Shown here: piece after piece, positions 12,343 through 23,418 of the stretch
How the letters are laid out: every line of letters starts with the position of its first letter
How positions within the stretch are numbered: position 1 is the first letter of the stretch
Assembly (NCBI GenBank): GCA_964016885.1
Contig: OZ024741.1
Span: forward strand, 282,720,001-282,784,000
DNA: 64,000 bases
Source of the DNA: Eledone cirrhosa
Lineage: Eukaryota
Direction: 5' to 3'
The notes under the pieces: model-generated
What the model was told of the DNA's origin: nothing
Database searches by the model: none
What the model saw: the letters and a program-made list of their open reading frames with translations, nothing else
Program-made: the position numbers and the translations under genes

Positions 12343-13801
12343 GTGAGAATTTGCAATAGTGAAGAGTTTAGCGTAAAAGTTGTTCATCAGGGCTCCGTTC
12401 TTAGCCCCCTACTATTTATTATTGCCCTTCAGGCTATAACAGTGGAGTTCAAGACCGGCTGCCCATGGGAACTCCTATACGCAGATGATCTAACGCTCAT
12501 AGCTGAATCAATGGCCGAACTAGAGAAGAAATTCCAAACATGGAAGCATGGCCTAGAATCAAAAGGCCTTAAAATTAACCTGTCTAAGACTAAAGTTCTA
12601 GTGTGTAGGAAGGAAAATAGGGCGCCGGTCCCATCCGGGAAATGGCCATGCTCAGTGTGTAGGAAAGGAGTAGGTAGAAACTCCATTTTATGTCCCAAAT
12701 GCAAAGTATGGGTGCATAAAAGATGTAGTGGGATCACAGGTAAGCTAACTAAGAACATAGATTTTATATGTGGCCGGTGCACTGGTGCAATAAGTAGCAG
12801 CAAGTGCCCACAGAATACTAGTTCATTCAATTGCACAGATGGTTCTATAGAAATAGTGGACAGCTTCCGTTACCTGGGTGACAAAATCAGCAGTGGGGGA
12901 GGGTGCTCTGAAAGTACAGTAGCTAGAGTCAGAACTGGATGGAAAAAGTTCAGAGATCTTATACCACTATTAGCCGCTAAAGGGTTCTCCCTAAAAATGA
13001 AAGGCAGGCTGTATGATGCCTGCATACGAACAGCATGTTGCATGGCAGTGAGACCTGGGCATTGTGTGCAGAGGATATACGCAGATTGGAGAGGAACGAA
13101 GCTTGCATGCTCCGCTGGATGTGTAATAGTAATATACGTGAACGGCAAAGCATAAACGAACTAAGGGAAAAATTAGAAATAAGAGGGATCAGATGTTGTT
13201 TACTCGAGAGAAGGCTACGTTGGTATGGTCACGTGATGCGCATGAAAAACGACAGCTGTATAAAAAAGTGCAGGGCAATAAAAATAGAGGGTAGCCACGG
13301 AGTAGGCAGACCCAGAATAACCTGGGACTTGATAAATTCCGACCTCACACACTTACACCTCTCCAAGACAATGTCACTGGACCGAGATCTTTGGCGCTAC
13401 ACAGTAATAGAGAAGACCCGCCTTGCCTAAGTACAAAGTGAAACCTAATACAGTCAGCAGGCACCTCTAACAAAATACACCCCAGTCCCACTACCCCCAC
13501 CCCTTTCAATGTAAAGCTATGTTGGTACCACAACATCCAGCCCGAAACAAATGAGGTTGTGTAGGTGTCACGACAAAAAAACACAGTCCACGCTGTAATG
13601 TGGCCATGTAGGTAACACGGTAAAAACCTCCCAGTCCACACTGTAAATGTGGTTGGTGTTAGGAAGGGCATCCAGCCGTAGAAAACCCGCCAGACAGTCC
13701 TATGCGAGCAAGACAACCACTCTTGCCTCAAGTGGGAAAACTCCCGTCCAAACCCATGCAAGTGTGGAATATGGACGTTAAACGATGATGATGATGATGA
13801 T
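12343..13801 (+). mobile_element. 5'-truncated RTE-clade LINE: RT with internal PHD-like finger, 3' UTR and (GAT)n tail
   Basis: HQGSVLSPLLF, LLYADDL, C4HC3-like CSVC..CPKC....H..C...CGRC, FRYLG, RRLRWYGHVMR, GRPR; frameshift near 13035; tail GGACGTTAAACGATGATGATG. Confidence 0.92.
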
Positions 13802-13972
13802 AAAATAAAGACTAATTTTTAATGTCATATAGTCACAGTTCTGTTTTGTATTTTTTCAAGAATGTTTTGTTAATATGATTTCATGTGGTTTGATTATCAA
13901 AATGTTTATAATATCTATACTGGTGGATACATCATTGTGAAAATTTGCAATAAACTAAAATGAAGAATGTTT

Positions 13973-14108
13973 TGCTAATGTGGTTTCATGTGGTACAGGA
14001 TGTAAAGAGTTAAAGCAGAATTGTGTCAGAAATAGTAGACTGCTAATGTGGTTTCATGTGGTACAGGATGTAAAGAGTTAAGGCAGTATCGTGTCAGAAA
14101 TACTAGAC
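13973..14108. repeat. 68-bp tandem duplication
   Basis: TGCTAATGTGGTTTCATGTGGTACAGG...TAGAC twice. Confidence 0.85.
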
Positions 14109-15164
14109 TGCTATTACTAAATACCTTTTAGTGTTCCTTTCTGTCCTACTGCATGACAAGTTTAGATCCAACTGTTGTTGTATTTCACTTTCATCCTTCT
14201 GGAATCAATCAAACAAGTAGAACTGTGGTTGCCCAAAGCGATCTTGTCTGTCATGGGTTGTGAAAAAAAAATGTTTTTTTATTGTTTAAGTGTCCACATG
14301 GACATCCAGCCATAGAAACCAAGTCACAATCAATTCTGTATGAGCAAGACATGGTAATCTAATCTGGTTTGTCTCACAATGGGACAATTCATCTAACCCA
14401 TGCAAGCATGGAAAAATGGCCGTTAAATGGTGATGATGATGGACCTTGAAGCAGCATGCACCTGGGTTCTCCATATTAGAGAGCATTCTTCTATATTGTC
14501 CAAGAATATATCATTATAATAGCAATGGTGATGGTCTGAGTGTTTATGACAAGCATTTAAAAACATCTAATCTAATTATATTGTGTTGTTTAAGTGTCTT
14601 AACAGTAGAGGTGTTAAAAATTTGGCTTATATATTGAAAAATACCAAGCAAGTTATGTAGAAAAAAAGCTTCCTGTTAGAAGATACACTCAAAATACACT
14701 AGGGCAATTCTTACTCTGTATCTCTTTCTCACTTCCTTTCTCTGCTCTCTATTATTCTCTTGAAGAGAAATCTGCTATATTCAGATATAGAGAGGGATAG
14801 GCTCTGCCAGGTTTTATTTGCCCTAGAACATATATAAATCCTAAATCAAACTCATCATCTTTTTAACATCTGCTTTCCCTGCTAACAAGAGTTAGATGGA
14901 TTTATATAGACCAAGTCAATACTGAAGCAAAGCTACAACCTCCCAGACAGGCTAGGGATCTGCATCTTGCTTACATATATTCTCATGTTCTACTGAGTGT
15001 ACAGGAGATGTTATATCTTTGACATAATAGAAAGGTCCTCCCAAGCAAATTCATACCATAATCACAAGTTGTAACAATTTTCTGACTATATTTCTAATGA
15101 AATACACTTTATTAGTTGATGCCATTTGGTTGTTCTCTGCTGCAATGCAATTTTGTCTATGTAT

Positions 15165-15735
15165 CACAGTTGAGATATACTACTCAGACTAGGATGTAGA
15201 GTCTGCCACTCACAGCTGAGATATACCACCTAAACTGGTGTGTAGAGCCTGTCACTCAGACACACAGCTGAGATAAACCATCTAGACTGGGGTGTAGAGT
15301 CTGTCACACCTACCCACAGCTGAGATATGCCACCTAGACTGGGTGTAGTCTGCTACTCCATTCCCCACAGCTGAGATATACAACCCAGACAGGGGTGTAG
15401 AATCTTCTGTTCCCTCCCACAGCTGAGATATACCACCTAGACTGGGATGTAGAGTTTGCTCCTCCCATCCACAGCTGAGATATACCACCTAGACCTGGGT
15501 GTAGAGTCTGCCACTCCTTACAACAGATGAGATATACCACCTAGAAGGAATAGTCTGCCACATCCTCTCACAGCTGAGTTATACCACCTAGACTGGGGTA
15601 TAGACTCTGGCACTCACCTAGACTGAGGTGTAGAATGTCACTTCCTCCCAGCTGAGATATACCACTTTAACCAGTGTGTAGAGTCTGCCACCCAAAGTTG
15701 ATATATACCACCTAGACTGGGTTGTAGTGTGTGCT
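15165..15735. repeat. Minisatellite, about 11 copies of a ~52-bp unit
   Basis: Unit CACAGCTGAGATATACCACCTAGACTGGGGTGTAGAGTCTGCCACTC plus a short pyrimidine-rich variable linker. Confidence 0.9.
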
Positions 15736-16454
15736 GATCCCACCCACCTTCACCTTACTTTCAATATTTAATTTTCATTGCAAACATATTTGTTGAATAA
15801 AACTTTTCTCATTAATAAAGAATTTTGAGACATTTATTAAAATTATTTCATTAGTAAGATAATAAATTAACATGGTTTTCATATAAAAATGTTGGAAAAT
15901 CTTCATAAAATTGGAAGTCCATTTGATAGAACCAGAGGTTGTCATACATTTGATGCAACTGAAAAGTCCTCCCACACAAAGTCTTAACCGTTTTCTGATC
16001 ATATTTCTATTGAAATACACTTTGTTAGTTGACATCATTGGTTGTTCTCTGCTGTAATACCATTTTGGGTAGGTTATTATGAAAAGTTGTGTCTCTATGA
16101 TTCACCATTATCATTATATGAAAAGATGGCTTAATACATTTGTTGCTTAGTCATGATTGAGCAAATTTGGGTTCAAAAGAAATTTAGTTGAAATCAGTAT
16201 TTCTTTTTCATACAGTATTAAAAGGTGTAGAGTTTGTCACCCTCTCTCCTCTCCTCTTTCTTCCTTTATGTAAAAGTCCTTGCTCTTTCCCTCCTTTTCC
16301 TTACTTATGGCATTTATAGTCCTTTCCAATACTGCTTTTTTTTCTGTGTTTGACCAATGTATAATTAAAACTATGTTATCCAATGTGTCCTTTCTCTTTT
16401 CTAGACAATGAGTGTGATGGTGATCTGGCTGCTATATAGAGGTTTCCTTGCTAA

Positions 16455-16935
16455 TTAACTCTTATCATATAATGGTTTAGCAGAAAATATTGAAAAACAT
16501 ATTAATTAATTCAAATGTTTATTGTATCTTTACTAATGAACAAACCATTGCAAAAGTTCGCAATATCATCTCTTAACACCCTGGAATGATTTAGCAGAAA
16601 ATATCTAAAAACGGGTTTGATAATTCACATGTTTATACTCTTTAATACTGTATTTGCAGTATTAAAGTAAAAACTTTAATTTTTAATGTGAAGCAATCAA
16701 CTGCACATGGTTACTAATTAACTTCATCTTGCAACAATTTAGCAGAAAGTATCTAAAAACAGGTTTTCCAATTCAAATGTTTACAGTATCTTTACTAACA
16801 GACAGATTGTTGTGAACATTTGCAGTATTAAAGTAAATACATAAATGTTTATGTGGTGCAGTCATAGTGCTGCTTTGTTCTTTTCAAAAACCTATTGTTA
16901 ATGTAGTTTCATGATGTACAGAATGTTAAGAGTTG
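16455..16935 (+). repeat. Internally repeated old MITE-like element (related to 12260-12355 plus 13802-14012, and about 43370-43530 minus)
   Basis: Three TTTAGCAGAAA.TAT..AAAAAC...ATTCA.ATGTTTA blocks; TTAACT start and AGAGTT end. Confidence 0.55.
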
Positions 16936-17879
16936 AGATTAAATTAGTATTATTAACAATTTTTTTAAAATGAAAATCTAAACAATTTTTAATAATCCAT
17001 GAATGATGAAAGATGAAAGAGTATACTTGACAACACTGTAAGTTATTGAGTACAGGGCTGCACTGTGTTTGCAACTAAACTAAGCCAGAGAAGTGTATGT
17101 TTTGTCTATGGATAAACAACACACAGCTGGTGTATAAATTTTCATGTAAGAATTATTCGGATCTTCCTTCCACAATTTCTGATGATTTTATTTTCCTTAA
17201 CTATTCACATCCACCAAGAGGTTTACAGCCAAGTGTCAACTTTAACAGTTCATATATGAAGTCAGTGCTACAACATGGCTTTAGTCATGGTAGCTAAAAT
17301 AAACTGAAGATAATAAGAGAAAGACGGGTGGAGAATGCATACTAATATTACAAGAGTACAAAAAGTTTCTTTTCGGGGAAAATATTTTAAAATAGCAAGT
17401 TTACTTACAAGAAAAAAACAGATATAAAACTGATCAACATTCAAATACACAATTCTAGTGTCTTGGTGAAATATGCTGATATTGTAAAAGATGCTTATTC
17501 ATAAGAATTTTATATTCTGTAACCTGGATGTTATGGATAATTTGTGACACGCAACCTTATTTAGCGAGTTGATTAGCAATGGTAGATGTGATCAACGAAA
17601 ATTATCAAAATTGGAGATGTGATATCTACCAACCATAAACAAGGTCTTGCAGAACATGGAGGCGATGAAGATTCAACAGAAAAACTTAGCTGTTTTATAG
17701 TTGTCATTGTTTTTCAATTCTCACTTTCTTGAATTTTTTCTGGTTTTTGTTTCTTAATTATAAGGGGTATTTGGACCTCCCCTAGTCTGTTATGGGTGAC
17801 TAGCTCTTACATTTAAATTGATTAAATAAATAAAAGCAGCCAGAAAAACTTGAAGTTGGCTAAGTATTTACCTAACCAA

Positions 17880-19370
17880 TACAGTAGAACAATACACAAA
17901 CTTAATTCATTCCTGAAGGCCATTTGTTATCCGAGATGTTTGTAAACCGAAACTATATTTCTGATATGAAATACAGTGAGAGAGAGACTGTGTGAAAAAC
18001 AAATTGATATCACCATAGTAACTAACTACACAGAAAGTGATGCTTTCCCAACCGTTATTGCTAGCTTGTGCGTTCATCCCACAGGGATCTGCAATGGTTG
18101 TGAGGGATGATCTTTTTAACTGGTTGAAGTCCTTCATTCTCAGCCGAAAAGAGGTAGTCACGGTTCTAGGACAGCATTCTTCACCATATGAGATGTCATC
18201 TGGTGTACCACAGGGATCTGTTCTTGGTCCCCTTTTGTTTGTGGCATATATTAATGACATAGATGCCAACTTACAGAATGCCACGGTACTGAAATATGCA
18301 GTTGACATAAAGCTGTACCTTAAAATCAAAAGGACTGATCCTGAAATCTACAACTCTTTCCTACAATCAGACCTGGACACAATGCAGCAATGGATCACAG
18401 ACTGGCAACTGAAGCTGACTGTGGACAAGTGTACCACCATGCATTTTGGGAGGAAAAACCCAGCGTCCACATACTCCCTCCACAACACTGATATCAAGAA
18501 GTCCTCTTGTGAACGTGACCTGGGCATTACTGTCAGCAGCGATTTGCGTTGGACAAAGCATGTCTCTAAGATTGTCAAGAAGGCCAAGGGTGTCTTGGCA
18601 TCACTCAGCAAGACCTTTGTTAGCCGCTCTCCAGCCATCTATTTAAAACTGTATACAGCTATGGTACGACCACACTTGGAATTCGCATCATCAGCCTGGA
18701 ACCCCTATCTTGCTCAGAACATTGACCTCCTGGAAACTGTTCAGAGACGTGCAACCAAGCGCATACCCTCCATCAGACACCTACCATACTCTGAACGCCT
18801 TGCTTCCCTGGGCATGGATTCATTGAAGCTCCGACGTCTGGCAATGGACTTGGTGAATACCCACAGTTATTAACCATCTCGCCAATTGCAACCCTGAGCA
18901 CCTTTTTGATCTCCATGTGTCTAACACACGTGGACATGCCTACAAAATCAGAAAACAGCACAGCTCCCATGACTTTCGTAAACATTTTTTCACGCTCAGA
19001 GTTGCTGAAGCATGGAACAAACTGCCTGCGTCAGTTGTTAGCTGCCGAGACACTGCATCCTTTAAGACACTCATGCTTCCCGAAATATGCCAAAACTACA
19101 CCTGATGTACCCCTTCCATACACATGCACGTGTGTATCATGACCCATGCACTGTTCATTTTCATGATGTTTGTACATTACCCTATGTACTATACATACAC
19201 TTTTTGATGAGTTGTAGTGCACCTGAGCACTGTACACAATATTTCATTATTATTATTTTATTATTACCCGAGACACCTTTCATGAACCGAGACATTTTAT
19301 GCTCAGAAAAATTGTTTCTGAACAGATTTGTTCATGACGAGAGGTATTCATGAACCAAGATTGCAGTGTG
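17880..19370 (+). mobile_element. Old Tigger/pogo-like MITE interrupted by the CR1 fragment
   Basis: TA-CAGTAGAAC start; repeated TTC.TGAACCGAG motifs resume after the LINE tail at about 19267. Confidence 0.45.
18090..19266 (+). mobile_element. 5'-truncated CR1-type LINE (RT 3' half, inactive)
   Basis: SGVPQGSVLGPLLF, YAVD (mutated YADD), ERDLGI, RPHLEF..AWNPY, QRRATK, TRGH..K, FFTLRV..WNKLP; (TTA)n tail. Confidence 0.9.
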
Positions 19371-21196
19371 TGTGTATTACTCTAAGTTAGCTACTGTTTT
19401 ATTGATACTTGATAAATAAAACATGGAAAATATGGCACAAGGTGCAATGCTGCAGTTTAAATTAATCACAAACATACTTCTTAGCTGAGGCAGTTAATGG
19501 GCAGAGTTGTGAGACAGAATGCTTTGCAGTATTTATCTCTGCTCTCTGTGTTCAAATCCTGCCAAAGTCAACTTTGCTTTTCACCTTTTGTAGTCAATAA
19601 AAAAAAAAGTACTAGTACAGTAATGGGATTGATTTATCCTCTATATCTCTTTCTCACTTTCTCTTTATCATTCTCAGAAAGATATTGGACGTGTTTGGAC
19701 CAGGCGAAGGGATGGGCTCAGCCAAGTTTAAAATACTCCCAAAATGCTGTACATTACTACAGTACCTCTACGAATCCATCAGGGGTTACAGGCCCCTACA
19801 TACATATACTTACTTCAGAGTTGAGACACCCACAACACAAGAAAGAAATCAGGCTCTCTTATTTTCTATAACCACATTTCAATCGTAAATTTTTTTTTCT
19901 TTTTTATAGTAATAACTATATTGTTGCAATAGCTCAGTTTCCAAGTCCTCAATTTATTCTAAGTTTTGTTTATGGAGAATTTCAACTCCCAGTAGCAAAT
20001 GTTGATTATACAGTATCCTTGTTACAGATATAAAGTACAACCACCACATATCTACACTTAGAAAAAAGTAAGTCTGAACAGACTGGTGGTGGACTGACTG
20101 TTTGCATTGGAGTTCATAATTTAGGAAAATTCTAGATTCTATGGGGAGAAGAATGAGACCTTTCAACTGAGAGAAAGGATTGAAAAATGTTTCTCTCATT
20201 GAGGGGTTAGTCACATAACTGAAATTATTGTCACCCTCACTTCATAAAATTATGAACTTCACTTTTTACAGCTAGATGTTTTGAACCACAAAAAATATCT
20301 ATATCAAAGGACACAGTTGAGCCCTATCAATGAGACATGTAATTTTTTTACCATTCATGCTAAAGCCCTGTCAATGAGCTACAAATATACTATGTAACTA
20401 TCGTTGATACAGCATGACCATATGGTTAAGAAGCTCACATCACAATCATCAGGTCCCTCTAGGCTTGATCCCACTGCATGGATATCTTGGGCAAGTGTCA
20501 TTTATTACAGCTTTAGGTTGACCTAAGCTTTATGAATGAAACTGGGTAGATGGAAACTATGACAGTTTGTCAGGTAGACTGTATCTGTAATTCAACTTTT
20601 TTGCACAATATCATAATGAATTCCCCAGAAAATTGCATTAAAAGTACACATGTCTGTAGAATGCTCAGTCATTTACACTATAATACAAGAGGGACTTTAC
20701 CCACTGAATCTCCCTGAGAATTATGTTAAGGGTATACATGTCTGTGGAATGCTTAGCTACTTATATATTAATTCCACAAGCAGGTTGCTCCATTGATCAA
20801 ACAACTGGAACACTCATTGTCGGAACCATCAGAAGTCGATTCCATGTAACAATCAAAATTGTTGTTTGATTAAGTTATTTTTTTGATACAACACGTTTTT
20901 TTAACAGGCAAGATTGAGTCAAAACATGGACGCACTAATACACACATATGATGGGCTTCTGCAGAAAATAATCTTGAAAACAATTACACTTTAATTTTAT
21001 CAGAATATCCATGGATGAATAGGCTCAAAAGTAGTTATAGTCCAAAATTATTATTAACAAAGGCATAGTTTAATAAAATACCACTGATTTTCTTGTGGAA
21101 AGTTTGTTTCATGTAAGAAATCGAATAATTTTCTATTACATCTAATCCAGGATTTAATGCATTCTGCTAGATATGGGTTCATTATGAACAGTATAT

Positions 21197-21425
21197 TTGG
21201 ACGGTGGTTGCTTGGCAGAATCGTTAGTGCATCAGATAAAATGCTTTGTGGCATTTGTTCTAGTTCTTTACGTCTTGAATTCAAATCTCACTGAAGTCAA
21301 CTCTGCCTTTCATCATTCCAGGGTCGATGAAATAAAATATCAAGTGTCAAACACCAGGGTCAATAAATTTGACTTGCTCCTCCCTCATAAACTGCAGGTC
21401 TTGTGCTTAGATTATAAATCATTAT
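21197..21425 (+). mobile_element. SINE family A, older copy
   Basis: TTGGCAGAATCGTTAG A-box, GAATTCAAATCT B-box-like, GCCTTTCATCATTCCAGGGTCGATGAAATAAA. Confidence 0.7.
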
Positions 21426-22687
21426 GAATAGTCATCATAGACATCTTTCAGTCTTGGGTAACCATGGGTTTTCACCTAGAAAGTTCTCTAAGGCCTTGGC
21501 AAGGTATTCTTGTGGAAGACCAGCAATCACCCCTCTCCAGGCCAACAATATAGCTTGGCACTAGGGATGCCAAAACTTAATTTTTTTTCTCCATCTAAAT
21601 GAACTGGAACATGAAATAACGTGTTTGTTGCCTAGTCCGGGAATCAAACTCACAACCTCACAGTTGTGAATCCAACTCTCTAACCTCATTTTTACCATTT
21701 TATGGTATAGAAATGACATGGTGACCAATTCAATATTAGACACTTAATAATGAAATCCATCATCTTCCTCAGTTTTGTGTGGAAACTATTTGTGAGATCA
21801 TGGCTGTGGCTGTATGGAAGGTTCTTGGTGAGCATATCATTGAGAGAGAAACAGAGAGCAAGAAATAAATAAAGAGATTTGGTAGTAGCAGCATGGATAA
21901 AGAGAGGGGGAAGAGTAGGGGAGTGATAGAGGGAATGTGGGAAAAAGGAAATGAGATAGAATTGAGGGGTATGATAGAGTAAGAGATACAGAAAGAGAAA
22001 GACAGGGAGAAAAACAGTGATGGGGTGAGGGAGAGAGAAATAGAAAAGAAAAGAGACATAAGAAAGAAAGGTGTTAATAATACAAAGGAGTAGCAGTATA
22101 AGATAAAATACAAAAGTATTAAAGTAAACATGCAGAGGATAAAGCCAGACACAGCAAAACTTTCAATGAGGAGCAGGATGAGGTGCAGAAGTAAAAGAAG
22201 GATTCAATACTGTGGTAACAGCAGAGTAGCAGGCAATAGCTACGTACAAAGGAATGAAGAGGAGGGGATGAGTGTGGTAAAAGAGGCATACATACAAACA
22301 CGAGGAAATATACATATATACATACATGTCATTTAACATCCATTTTCCCTGCCTGCAAGAGTTGGACAGCTCATCACAGACCATGTCAGTTAATTGGAGC
22401 CCTAGCCCTCTTAGATGGTCCAAGAATTACATTTCACTCAAATACGTCCCCACACTCTACAAAGTGCACCATACTGGGGTGATTACCATGTCTTTGATGC
22501 AACTAAAGCAGCCTCTCAGTTTTGTCTGGGAAGTTTTCTATTGCTAGATACCTTTTAGGTGTATCTTATTGCCATTCTCTTGACACAACTGAAGGATCCT
22601 CTCAACCCATATTTTGGCATGGTTTCTATAGCTGGATACTCTTTCTATCAACTACCTTATGGCATACACAGGGCGCATATTTTGTGG

Positions 22688-23151
22688 CATCATCATCATC
22701 ATTTAACGTCCATCTTCCACGCTAGCATGGGTTTGGACGGGAATTTTCCCACTTGAGGCAAGACTGGTTGTCTTGCTGGTATAGGACTGTCTGGCGGGTT
22801 TTCTACGGCTGGATGCCCTTCCTAACACCAACCACGTTTACAGTGTGGACTGGGAGGTTTTTACCGTGTTACCTACACGACCACATTACAGCGTGGACTG
22901 TGTGTTTTTTTGTCATGACACCTACACGACCATTTGTTTCGGACTGGATGTTGTGGTACCAACATAACTTTACATTGAAAGGGGTGGTGTGGATAGGGTG
23001 GGACGGGGGTGTGTTTTTGTTAGAGGTGCCTACTGACTTTGGGTTTTGCTTTGTACTTAGGCAAGGCGGGTCTTCTGTATTACTGTGTAGCGCCAAAGAT
23101 CTCGGTCCAGTGACATTGTCTTGGAGAGGTGTAAGTGTGTGAGGTCGGAAT
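22688..23151 (-). mobile_element. RTE LINE 3' end (same family as 12343-13801)
   Basis: Reverse complement closely matches 13336-13800, including the (GAT)n tail. Confidence 0.9.
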
Positions 23152-23235
23152 ATATACAAACATATACACATACATATGATGGCTGCCCGCCTCGTTATCG
23201 AGTTTGGCTATTGCACAATATAACATTATTAAAAA

Positions 23236-23418
23236 GGCGGTGGATTGGCAGTATCGGTAGAGGGTCGGACGCCATGCTTTCCAGCATAGTTACGTCCCTT
23301 TACGATCTGAGTTCAAATCCCGCCGAGGTTGACTTTGCCTTTCATCCTTACGGGGTCGATAAAATAAAGTACCAGTAATGCACTGGGTATTGCTGGCCTT
23401 GTGCCTAAAGTAGAAACA
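23236..23418 (+). mobile_element. Full-length young SINE family A with 11-bp TSD
   Basis: A-box TGGCAGTATCGG, B-box GAGTTCAAATCC; TSD ATTATTAAAAA at 23225-23235 and 23419-23429. Confidence 0.88.

Noticed and set aside
15165-15735. CRISPR-like repeat-spacer look
   Set aside because: Linkers are short and related, repeats are degenerate, there are no cas genes, and the context is eukaryotic
21769-22336. Hydrophobic 127-aa ORF resembling a membrane protein
   Set aside because: Antisense of GA-rich low-complexity DNA
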